Below, piece by piece: positions 1-7,061 of a stretch of 14,135 bases of DNA. The position numbers and the translations under genes were made by a program. Where the stretch lies: NCBI GenBank assembly GCA_023480605.1, contig JAMCWS010000257.1:1-14135 (forward strand). The letters are read 5' to 3'. How positions within the stretch are numbered: position 1 is the stretch's first letter; each line of letters begins with the position of its first letter. Under the pieces are notes generated by a model. It had not been told where the DNA came from and ran no database searches. It worked only from the letters and a program-made list of their open reading frames with translations. The DNA comes from a bacterium. GTDB taxonomy: Bacteria; Sumerlaeota; Sumerlaeia; MVZB01.

Positions 1-378
1 CTGCTGCACGGGATTTGTTACGATTTCTTCTTCGTCACCGGGCAAATATACGTCGACCGGCAGGCGCCGCGAGAACTGCGCGCCAGCGCCCAGGGATTCA
101 TCGCCCTGGTCACCCTGGGCGTGGGGATGCTGATCGGCGCGAAGGCCTCCGGCTGGGTCGTCCAGCATTACCAGATCATGGACCAGGCCCAGAAGGTCAC
201 CGGCCACCTGTGGGGCCAGATCTGGCTTGCGCCGGCGATCATGGCGACCGTCGTTCTGGCGCTCTTCGGCCTGCTGTTCAAAGAGACCGGCATCCCCGTC
301 GCGGCCGGCGCCGGGGCGCAGCCGGCCGGCGGCGAATCACGGTCCGCGCCGGAACCGACGGGGTCGCGGCGAGGATAG
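1..378 (+). CDS. MFS-type transporter, C-terminal fragment (5' end outside the window); a nucleoside:H+ symporter-like family is possible but unconfirmed
   Basis: Frame 1 is open from base 1 to TAG at 376-378. Translation (LLHGICYDFFFVTGQIYVD...GFIALVTLGVGMLIGAKASGWVVQHY...LAPAIMATVVLALFGLLF) shows two hydrophobic helices separated by a charged loop, typical of the last transmembrane helices of an MFS permease. Third-codon positions are GC-rich, like the other genes here. Confidence 0.6.
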   Translation: MLHGICYDFFFVTGQIYVDRQAPRELRASAQGFIALVTLGVGMLIGAKASGWVVQHYQIMDQAQKVTGHLWGQIWLAPAIMATVVLALFGLLFKETGIPVAAGAGAQPAGGESRSAPEPTGSRRG

Positions 379-397
379 GGGCCCAGTCCGTTGACGC

Positions 398-432
398 TTG
401 GCAAAACGGGACCGCCGTGTTAGGTTCGGGGC
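398..432 (+). promoter_or_regulatory. Weak candidate sigma70-like promoter, followed by a Shine-Dalgarno sequence, for the URO-D family gene
   Basis: TTGACG at 398-403, with a poor -10-like TAGGTT about 18 bp downstream. AAGGAAA at 469-475 lies 8 nt before ATG 484. This is pattern matching only. Confidence 0.2.
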
Positions 433-483
433 ATCGTCCAGCGGAACGATAAAATTGCCCCAATTTCAAAGGAAATAGCCGCG

Positions 484-1542
484 ATGAACTCCCGGGAACG
501 ATTACTCGCCATTCTCGATCGCCGGCCCGTCGACCGGATGCCCGTCGATCTATGGTATACGCCCGAAATTTACACGGCGTTGGCCGGGCATTTCGGCGTG
601 CAAGAACCCACGGCCCTGTGGAAAGCGCTGGGGCTGGACAAGCTGGCCTGGGTCAACGCGCCCTACAAGGGACCGCGCGCCCCCTTCGGCGAAGGAGAGG
701 CGGTCAATGAATGGGGCGTGCGCACCAAAACGGTCCAAGCCGGCATGGCCGAATACGGCGAACGGACCACGCCCCCCCTGGCGGGCTTCGATACGCCCGA
801 GGCGGTGGCCGACTATGCCTGGTGGCCCGACCCCGACCAGTTCGATTACGACTGGGCGGTCCGGTACGCGCGGTCGGTCAACGGCGATTTCCTGACGCTG
901 GGGCCGTGGGTTTCGTTCTTCGAGATCTACTGCGCCATGCGGGGGCTTGAACAATCCCTCATCGACGTGCTGATCGCCCCCGACCTGGTCGACGCCGTCC
1001 TCGACCGGATCGAGGAATGCCAGACGGCGATGATCCGTCGTTTCCTCGACCGGGCGCAAGGGGCGGTGGACCTGATGTTTCTGAGCGACGACATGGGCAG
1101 CCAGAAAAACCTGCTCGTTTCGCTCGAAACCTGGGACCGTTTCTTCAAGGACCGGATGAAGCGCTGGTGCGACCTGGCCCATTCGTACGGCGTCAAGGTC
1201 TTCTACCACACCGACGGCGCGGCCGGCGAGCTGGTGCCGCGCCTCATCGAGGCCGGCATCGACGTGCTCAACCCCATTCAGCACGTCTGCCCGTCGATGG
1301 AGATGGCCGTCCTCAAGCAGCGCTACGGCGGGCGGATCATTTTCCACGGCGGGGTCGAGAACCAGTCGGTCCTGCCCTTCGGCACGGCCGACGACGTCCG
1401 CCGCGAGACGCTCGATTGCCTGCGAACGCTGGGCGCGGGCGGTCAGGGATACATCGCCTGCTCGTGCCACAACGTTCAGGCCGGCACGCCGGTCGGCAAC
1501 GTGCTGGCGATGGTCGAGACGGTGCGCAACTGGAAGTGGTAG
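484..1542 (+). CDS. Uroporphyrinogen decarboxylase (URO-D) family protein; could be a HemE or an MtaA/CmuA-like methyltransferase paralogue, exact function unassigned
   Basis: 352-aa ORF with a good Shine-Dalgarno sequence. N-terminus RLLAILDRRPVDRMPVDLW matches the URO-D family N-terminal motif (HemE has RQPVDVTPVWMMRQAGR). Length and the downstream DxxxE/HTDG-like segments (FYHTDGAAGEL) fit the URO-D TIM-barrel family. High GC at third-codon positions. Confidence 0.8.
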   Translation: MNSRERLLAILDRRPVDRMPVDLWYTPEIYTALAGHFGVQEPTALWKALGLDKLAWVNAPYKGPRAPFGEGEAVNEWGVRTKTVQAGMAEYGERTTPPLAGFDTPEAVADYAWWPDPDQFDYDWAVRYARSVNGDFLTLGPWVSFFEIYCAMRGLEQSLIDVLIAPDLVDAVLDRIEECQTAMIRRFLDRAQGAVDLMFLSDDMGSQKNLLVSLETWDRFFKDRMKRWCDLAHSYGVKVFYHTDGAAGELVPRLIEAGIDVLNPIQHVCPSMEMAVLKQRYGGRIIFHGGVENQSVLPFGTADDVRRETLDCLRTLGAGGQGYIACSCHNVQAGTPVGNVLAMVETVRNWKW

Positions 1543-1568
1543 ATCGACTGCGCGGAGTCGCCACGGTC

Positions 1569-2126
1569 ATGGCCGAGCGTACGCCAGACTGTCCGCTTTG
1601 CGGCGCGCCGACCGTCAAGGAGAATCTGCCCGACGGCCGGGCGGCGTATCGTTGCACGGCGTGCGAATGGGGGCGCGAGCGCGTCGCGGCGGCCATTCGG
1701 GGCGAAGAGCCGCGGCCGGCTGAGCAACGTCCCCGGACCTGGGAATGGTTTTTGCTCGTTCTGGGCTGGGCGGCGACGGCGGCGATCGTGCTGGGACCCT
1801 ATTACGTTTACACTCACGGCTGGTCGTGGATCGGCGAGGCAGGCGGTGCTAAAGGCGCCCTCACGGCGCCCCTCGTCGCGCCGTTGACCTCCAAATATTG
1901 GCTCTGGATGATCGTCTATGTCGGACTGGCGACGGCCATGAATCCGGCCGTTTTCACCCGCACGGGCGGCTTTTTCGCGATTCTGGACCACATGCCCGGT
2001 TGGTATGATCGGCGGGGCGAGGGTTATTTCGCGCTGTTGATGCTCCTCCTCGTTCCCGGCTGGATCGTCGTCCAGACGGTCCGGCAAACCTTCGTCCTGC
2101 CCCGGCGGCTGATCCGGGGACGGTGA
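1569..2126 (+). CDS. Hypothetical membrane protein with an N-terminal C4 zinc ribbon (CPLC...CTAC) followed by about 3 transmembrane helices
   Basis: ATG at 1569 lies 26 nt after the URO-D stop, and the frame is open to TGA 2124-2126. The N-terminus has CxxC-x17-CxxC. Hydrophobic segments are WEWFLLVLGWAATAAIVLG, YWLWMIVYVGLATAM and YFALLMLLLVPGWIVV. The ORF track shows this frame fused to a longer shadow ORF beginning at 1017, so I take the internal ATG at 1569 as the start. Confidence 0.55.
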   Translation: MAERTPDCPLCGAPTVKENLPDGRAAYRCTACEWGRERVAAAIRGEEPRPAEQRPRTWEWFLLVLGWAATAAIVLGPYYVYTHGWSWIGEAGGAKGALTAPLVAPLTSKYWLWMIVYVGLATAMNPAVFTRTGGFFAILDHMPGWYDRRGEGYFALLMLLLVPGWIVVQTVRQTFVLPRRLIRGR

Positions 2127-2181
2127 ATCCATCCCCGTCAATCATCGGATATTTATCCGTCGAAAATACCAATATGGATTC
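2125..2181 (+). promoter_or_regulatory. Nested inverted-repeat element in the leader of the NfeD operon; candidate operator or attenuator
   Basis: GAATCCAT (2125-2132) is the reverse complement of ATGGATTC (2174-2181). These 8-bp arms flank a 41-nt AT-rich segment that contains the perfect palindrome CGGATA-TT-TATCCG (2146-2159). The outer left arm overlaps the stop codon of the upstream gene. The right arm contains the ATG of a 19-codon uORF (2174-2233). Confidence 0.35.
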
Positions 2182-2280
2182 TCAGCGTCATTACGCCCTG
2201 GCGACGCGATGCCTTGAAGAGTCGCGGAGCTGAGCTGCGGATGCGGATTTTGATCAACTTCGCGGCCGAATGTGATTAAG

Positions 2281-3816
2281 ATGAAAAGCAGGTTCAGACA
2301 CGGTGCTGCATTTTTGGGCGGGGCGATTTCCATGCGATTTCGGCGGCTTACGTTTCTTCTGCTCGGCGGTCTGCTGATCCTGGCGGCGGGGGATAGGACG
2401 TATCGCCCGCCGGCGCTGGCGGCCCCGGCCGTCGCGCCGACTCCGACCGTCGCGGAAAAAGACTCCGCGCCCGGCCGCGTCGACCTGATCGTTCTCGACA
2501 ACCAGATTATCAGCCCCGTCACCGAGAATTACATCGACTCGGCCATCGCCCGCGCCGAGGACGAGGGAGCCGTCTGCCTTGTCATTGAACTCGACACCCC
2601 CGGCGGGCTGCTCGAGTCGACGCACACGATCGTCCGCAACATTCTGAACGCGCGCGTGCCGGTGGTCGTCTACGTCGCTCCGTCGGGGGCGCGGGCGGGA
2701 TCGGCCGGAGTGTTCATCACCCTGGCGGCGCACGTGGCCGCGATGGCCCCCTCGACCAACATCGGCGCCGCCCATCCGGTGACGCTCGATGGCGGCGGGG
2801 ATTTCCGGAAGTTCTTCTCGCCGGGGGGCGAGAGGCCGGGCGCCCGGAGCGCCGACGACGCGACCACCGGCGGCGCCACCGCCCCGGGGGGCGAGCGCTA
2901 CGCCAACCCGATGAGCGAGAAAATCGTGAACGACACGGTCGCATGGATCACGGCCATCGCCCGTCTGCGCGGCCGCAACGAGGCCTGGGCGCGCCGGGCC
3001 GTCACCGAAAGCGTCTCGGTGACCGACGAAGAGGCCCTCAAGGAGCATATCGTCGACTTCATCGCGACCAATCTGAATGACCTGCTCGCCAGGCTCGACG
3101 GCCGCCCGGTGAAACTTCCCACGGGCGTCATCACGCTGCACACGGCCGGCGCGCGGGTGGTCTCCACGCCGATGGGCCTGCGCCAACGTTTCCTATCGGT
3201 CATCGTCAATCCCAACGTCGCCTACCTGCTCATGATGCTCGGCGTGCTGGGACTCATCTTCGAGTTTACCCATCCCGGCATCGGTTTCCCGGGCATCGCC
3301 GGCCTCATCTGCCTGCTGCTGGCGCTCTATTCCTTCCAGACGCTGCCGGTCAACTACGCCGGCTTCGCCCTCATCCTGCTGGGCCTGGTGATGCTGGTGG
3401 CCGAGATCAAGATCATGAGCCACGGCCTGCTGGCGCTGGGCGGCATCCTGTCGCTCGTGCTGGGCAGCCTGATGCTGTTCGAGGAGCCCGGCTCGGGCAT
3501 CCGCGTGTCGCTGGGGATCGTCATTCCGGCCGTCGGAACGTTGGCCGCCATCGTGTTGTTCGTGGTCCACCGCGCCGTGGGCAGCGTCATGTTTCCGGTG
3601 GCCACGGGCGCCCAGGAACTGGTGGGGATGACGGGGCACGCCGCGACGGATCTTTCGCCGCGCGGCACGGTGTTCGTGCACGGCGAGTTGTGGGCGGCGC
3701 TGGCCACGGCCCCCGTCGGCAAGGGGCAGCCGGTGCGCGTGCTGCGTGTGGAAGGCTTGCGGCTCACGGTGGAACCGGCCGACCATGAATCGACCGCCGG
3801 TGAGAAGCAAAAGTAA
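2281..3816 (+). CDS. nfeD: NfeD family membrane-bound serine protease, long form: ClpP-class protease domain, multi-pass membrane region and C-terminal OB-fold. This is the stomatin operon partner protein.
   Basis: N-terminal signal/transmembrane segment (RLTFLLLGGLLILAAG). The ClpP/crotonase-like domain reads VDLIVLDNQI...VCLVIELDTPGG...VPVVVYVAPSGARAGSAGVFITLAAHVAAMAPSTNIGAAHPV. Four or five transmembrane helices follow. The C-terminal beta-barrel has the typical NfeD signature (GMTGHAATDLSPRGTVFVHGELWAA...GQPVRVLRVEGLRLTVEP). The start could be GTG 2272, ATG 2281 or ATG 2332. A Gly/Pro-rich low-complexity insert (GGGDFRKFFSPGGERPGARSADDATTGGATAPGGE) lies in the protease domain. Confidence 0.88.
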   Translation: MKSRFRHGAAFLGGAISMRFRRLTFLLLGGLLILAAGDRTYRPPALAAPAVAPTPTVAEKDSAPGRVDLIVLDNQIISPVTENYIDSAIARAEDEGAVCLVIELDTPGGLLESTHTIVRNILNARVPVVVYVAPSGARAGSAGVFITLAAHVAAMAPSTNIGAAHPVTLDGGGDFRKFFSPGGERPGARSADDATTGGATAPGGERYANPMSEKIVNDTVAWITAIARLRGRNEAWARRAVTESVSVTDEEALKEHIVDFIATNLNDLLARLDGRPVKLPTGVITLHTAGARVVSTPMGLRQRFLSVIVNPNVAYLLMMLGVLGLIFEFTHPGIGFPGIAGLICLLLALYSFQTLPVNYAGFALILLGLVMLVAEIKIMSHGLLALGGILSLVLGSLMLFEEPGSGIRVSLGIVIPAVGTLAAIVLFVVHRAVGSVMFPVATGAQELVGMTGHAATDLSPRGTVFVHGELWAALATAPVGKGQPVRVLRVEGLRLTVEPADHESTAGEKQK

Positions 3817-3822
3817 GACGAT

Positions 3823-3859
3823 GCGGCGTGAATGGTGGCAAAGCCACCATCCACGCCGC
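3823..3859 (+). terminator. Very stable intra-operon stem-loop (17-bp stem, AAA loop) directly after the nfeD stop, with no U-tract
   Basis: GCGGCGTGAATGGTGGC (3823-3839), AAA, GCCACCATCCACGCCGC (3843-3859) gives 16 of 17 complementary positions with one A/C mismatch. It begins 7 nt after the TAA at 3814-3816. No T-run follows. It is therefore either a processing or stability element, a partial attenuator, or a U-less intrinsic terminator of the kind common in GC-rich genomes. Confidence 0.5.
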
Positions 3860-4071
3860 GCCGGGCGTTGCGGAAAACGTCCTGAAACGAGACGCCGAGA
3901 CCGCCTGGACGCGACACGTCCGGGAGATTCAAAATCGTCGAACCGAAGAAAGTCATCGATCGCTACCGGGCCAATGACCCCCGGCAAGAAAGGAGGACCA
4001 ATAAGAACGTCAGCGTCAAGCGAGCGGGTAAAACGGGCTGCGCGATTCTCCTGGCCTTCACCATCCGGCTC

Positions 4072-4734
4072 ATGCCGGGGGTGGGCCGGGCGCACTGCGA
4101 CACGATGGATGGGCCGGTCGTCAAGGATGCCCGCAAGGCGCTCGAAAACGGCGACGTGACGCCCGTGCTCAAGTGGGTTCAGCCCAAGGACGAGGAAGCG
4201 ATTCGCGCGGCTTTCCAGAAAACGCTGACGGTCCGGGCCAAGGGGCCCGACGCCTGCGATCTGGCCGACCAGTATTTCTACGAGACACTCGTGCGGCTGC
4301 ATCGGGCGGGCGAGGGCGCGTCGTTCGAGGGACTCAAGCCGGCGGGAACGAAACTGGAGCCCGGCGTCGAGGAGGCCGACGCGGCCCTGGAGAAGAACAC
4401 GGAGGACGAATTGGTCAAAGTGGTGACGGCGGTGGTGGCCGCGGGCATCCGCGAGCGCTTTGAGCTAGCCGCCGAAACCCGAAGGAGTGCGAGCCAAAGC
4501 ATTGAAGCCGGTCGCGAGTCGGTCGAGGCGTATGTCCTTTTCGTTCACTCCGTGGAACGCCTGATGGCCGACGCCGCCGGAACGCCGGCCCATCACGGCG
4601 CGGAAGGTTTCGAGGCCGGCGATTCCGGACCGCATCACGAAGCGGCGCCGGCGGCCGGGCATTCCCACGAGGAAGCCGCGCCGCCCGCCGATCGCTCAAC
4701 CGGAGAGAAAACCGCTGCAATTGAAAAACACTGA
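4072..4734 (+). CDS. Hypothetical protein with a conserved-looking N-terminal domain (HCDTMDGPVV...) and a His/Glu/Ala/Pro-rich C-terminal tail. Possibly secreted, with an unresolved N-terminus.
   Basis: 220-aa ORF from the first ATG. The frame is open upstream to the stop at 3883-3885. The upstream in-frame translation KRAGKTGCAILLAFTIRLMPGVGRA|HCDTMDGPVV looks like a signal peptide (positive n-region, hydrophobic core, a GRA-H cleavage-like site), but there is no ATG/GTG/TTG in that stretch. The stop TGA 4732-4734 overlaps the Shine-Dalgarno sequence (GAAGGAG) of the downstream SPFH gene, indicating translational coupling. The C-terminal tail HHGAEGFEAGDSGPHHEAAPAAGHSHEEAAPPADRS resembles a metal-binding His-rich tail. 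Third-codon GC is high. Confidence 0.6.
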   Translation: MPGVGRAHCDTMDGPVVKDARKALENGDVTPVLKWVQPKDEEAIRAAFQKTLTVRAKGPDACDLADQYFYETLVRLHRAGEGASFEGLKPAGTKLEPGVEEADAALEKNTEDELVKVVTAVVAAGIRERFELAAETRRSASQSIEAGRESVEAYVLFVHSVERLMADAAGTPAHHGAEGFEAGDSGPHHEAAPAAGHSHEEAAPPADRSTGEKTAAIEKH

Positions 4735-4746
4735 AGGAGCGCGCGC

Positions 4747-5556
4747 ATGATTCCCGAAAGCATGTTCGTCGTCATCATCCTGATCGTTTTCTACCTGACC
4801 AACTGCATCAAAATTCTCAAGGAATACGAACGGGGGGTGATCTTCCGGCTGGGGCGGCTGCGGCCCGAGCCGCTGGGGCCGGGCCTCAAGGTCATCATCT
4901 GGCCCATCGACCGGCTGGTGCGCATCAGCCTGCGGATCGTAGCCCAGGACATCCCGCCGCAGGACGTAATCACGAAAGACAACGTGTCGATCAAAGTGAA
5001 CGCCGTCCTTTACTTCCGAGTGATCGACCCCAACCGGGCGGTGGTGCAGGTCGAGGATTTCCTTTACGCCACGTCGCAAATCGCCCAGACGACACTGCGG
5101 TCGATCCTGGGCCAGGTGGAGTTGGACGAACTGCTGGCTCACCGCGAGAAACTGAACCTGCAACTTCAGGAGACGATCGACGCCCAGACCGACCCGTGGG
5201 GAATCAAGGTGACGGCCGTTGAGACCAAGCAGGTGGATCTGCCCGACGAGATGCGCCGGGCGATCGCCCGCCAGGCCGAAGCCGAACGCATCCGCCGCGC
5301 CAAGGTCATCGGCGCCCAGGCGGAGTTCCAGTCGGCCCAGCGCCTGATCGACGCGGCCGAGATGATGGAGCGTCATCCCATCTCGCTCCAGTTGCGCTAC
5401 CTTCAGACCCTGGCGGAGATCGCGACCGAGAAGAACTCGACGACGCTTTTCCCGATCCCCATTGACCTGATTCAGCCTTTTATCGAAAAGTTCGCCGGCG
5501 TTAAAAAAGTGGCCGATGCGAACCCGGGGAAGGTGACCGAAGCCAACGGCGAGTAG
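4747..5556 (+). CDS. SPFH/band-7 domain protein of the stomatin/slipin family
   Basis: N-terminal membrane anchor ([15 protein letters not shown]). The canonical SPFH core reads [18 protein letters not shown]...[34 protein letters not shown]...TLRSILG and is followed by a coiled-coil region ([26 protein letters not shown]). Strong Shine-Dalgarno sequence GAAGGAG 7 nt upstream. It lies downstream of nfeD as in the classical NfeD-stomatin operons. Confidence 0.9.
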   Translation: MIPESMFVVIILIVFYLTNCIKILKEYERGVIFRLGRLRPEPLGPGLKVIIWPIDRLVRISLRIVAQDIPPQDVITKDNVSIKVNAVLYFRVIDPNRAVVQVEDFLYATSQIAQTTLRSILGQVELDELLAHREKLNLQLQETIDAQTDPWGIKVTAVETKQVDLPDEMRRAIARQAEAERIRRAKVIGAQAEFQSAQRLIDAAEMMERHPISLQLRYLQTLAEIATEKNSTTLFPIPIDLIQPFIEKFAGVKKVADANPGKVTEANGE

Positions 5557-5581
5557 GCCGCGCCGCCGTTGTCATTGCGCG

Positions 5582-5619
5582 CCGGATACACACGTTCCGG
5601 GCCCTTTTAGCTCTTTTTA
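5582..5619 (+). terminator. Candidate Rho-independent terminator of the NfeD/SPFH operon
   Basis: CCGGA (5583-5587), an 8-nt loop, TCCGG (5596-5600), then GCCCTTTTAGCTCTTTTTA, about 26-60 nt after the TAG at 5554-5556. The stem is short (5 bp), so this is a weak call. Confidence 0.35.
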
Positions 5620-5897
5620 TACATAGCGCAGCATAGATGAGTCGAGAAGCCGTGCTGAAGCACGCTCAAAAAATCGCTCATCACGCTTATCAACTAACTG
5701 AAAGCCGGGGGCAAGGAAGAGCCGACTGAAGCCGGCTTAACAGACATCCTGCAAGATTAAAGACGCCATGTATAACACCTTTTCGCGGCACCTATTGAAA
5801 GATTGTGGATTCGCCCGCCGTTCGGGGTTGCCGGCCGTTCCGGGGATTGGATATAGTAGCCGACACCATTCCGGTCCGACTGAAGGACGGCCCCGCG

Positions 5898-7061
5898 ATG
5901 TCCGAATCATATACGTTGATTTCCGACCGTAAAGATCTTGATCCCCTGCTCCTTGCGGTCGCGGCGCACGACACGGTCGCACTCGACACCGAAGCCGACA
6001 ACCAGCACCATTATCGCGAAAAGCTCTGCCTCCTGCAGTTTACCGTCGGCGGACGCAACTGGATCGTCGATCCGCTTGCCGGGCCCGATCTCGAATCCCT
6101 GATGGGCCTGCTCGCCCGGCGCGAGTTGCTTATCCACGGGGCCGATTATGACCTACGGTTGCTTTACCGGACATATCGTTTCCGGCCGGAACGGGTGTTT
6201 GACACCATGCTGGCGGCTCAGTTGCTCGGACGGCCGCAGATTGGCCTGGCCGCGCTGGTGGGTGAGATCTGCCAGGTCAATCTTTCCAAACATGCCCAGC
6301 GCGCCGATTGGTCACGGCGGCCGCTGCCGCCCGAGCTTTTGGCCTACGCGGCCGACGACACTCGTTACCTGGGGCGCGTCGCGGCCGCCATGCGGAGGGA
6401 ACTGGCGCACGCCGGGCGCCTGCCGTGGCACGCCGAGAGCTGCCGCCGCACGGTCGCCGCGGCTGGCCATATCCGCCAGTCGCTTCCCGAGGACCCCTGG
6501 CGGATCAAGGGCGGCAAACACTACACCGGACGGGCGGCGGCCGTTTTACGCGCGCTCTGGCACTGGCGCGAGGAAGTCGCGCGTCGCAACGACCGTCCCC
6601 CATTCAAAATCGCCCGGCCGGATTTTCTGCTCGAATGGGCGGAATGGGCGGCCGGGCATCCCGACGCCGGGTTCGAAGACGCCCCGACCCGGCCCGCCTG
6701 GTTGCACGGCGCGCGTTTGCACGCGTTCGACTCGGCCCTTGAGCGCGCGCTCGCTATGCCCGCCGAATCATGGCCGGCGTCCGTTCCCCCTCGGCATGGA
6801 TCGCGACTGAGTCGTGACCAGGAAACCCGGTTAAAAAGTATTTTGGCCAGGCGGGATGCGCTGGCTCGCGATTTACGACTCGACCCCGGCGTGCTGGGCT
6901 CGCGCGATGTGCTCAAAGAGTTGATCCTGGGATGTGCGGCCGATTCGCGACCGCCTGACCACGAAGCATATGCGCATGCTGGCTTGATGGAATGGCAAAT
7001 CGAGTTGTTGCGGCCGTTAATCGAGCCTCTGCTGGAGAGAGCCGACACTGTGGATCAGTGA
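5898..7061 (+). CDS. rnd: Ribonuclease D: DEDDy 3'-5' exonuclease domain plus HRDC domains
   Basis: Exo I motif in VALDTEADNQHHYREKLCLLQF. Exo II in LIHGADYDLRLL. Exo III (YxxxD) in YAADDTRYL. The C-terminal helical HRDC-like region is about 200 aa, and the length (387 aa) matches RNase D. The ORF track starts at 5805, but the ATG at 5898 (AAGGA 10 nt upstream) begins the conserved N-terminus (MSESYTLISDRKDLDPLL). Confidence 0.85.
   Translation: MSESYTLISDRKDLDPLLLAVAAHDTVALDTEADNQHHYREKLCLLQFTVGGRNWIVDPLAGPDLESLMGLLARRELLIHGADYDLRLLYRTYRFRPERVFDTMLAAQLLGRPQIGLAALVGEICQVNLSKHAQRADWSRRPLPPELLAYAADDTRYLGRVAAAMRRELAHAGRLPWHAESCRRTVAAAGHIRQSLPEDPWRIKGGKHYTGRAAAVLRALWHWREEVARRNDRPPFKIARPDFLLEWAEWAAGHPDAGFEDAPTRPAWLHGARLHAFDSALERALAMPAESWPASVPPRHGSRLSRDQETRLKSILARRDALARDLRLDPGVLGSRDVLKELILGCAADSRPPDHEAYAHAGLMEWQIELLRPLIEPLLERADTVDQ

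Noticed and set aside
550-1470. 306-aa minus-strand ORF antisense to the URO-D family gene
   Set aside because: Arg/Ala/Gly/Pro-rich translation typical of a GC-shadow frame, entirely inside a well-supported + strand gene, with no recognisable motifs.
1017-1568. 5' part of the 369-aa + ORF 1017-2126 lying inside the URO-D gene in another frame
   Set aside because: The Arg/Gly-rich junk translation overlaps the real URO-D frame. Only the portion from ATG 1569 onward has protein-like features.
2254-3186. 310-aa minus-strand ORF antisense to nfeD, and 369-aa minus ORF 3193-4302
   Set aside because: These are shadow ORFs: R/G/D-rich and low complexity, with no homology features. The + strand NfeD call is unambiguous.
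3974-4159. 62-aa ORF from ATG 3974 overlapping the start of gene X
   Set aside because: The translation is Arg/Ser/Gly-rich junk. It is retained only as a possible site of a frameshift relative to the gene X frame.
4696-5376. 226-aa minus-strand ORF antisense to the SPFH gene
   Set aside because: Shadow of the SPFH gene, which is strongly supported.
5805-5897. N-terminal extension of rnd as given in the ORF track (MDSPAVRGCRPFRGLDIVADTIPVRLKDGPA)
   Set aside because: The conserved RNase D N-terminus starts at ATG 5898, which has an AAGGA Shine-Dalgarno sequence. The extension lies in low-GC leader sequence.
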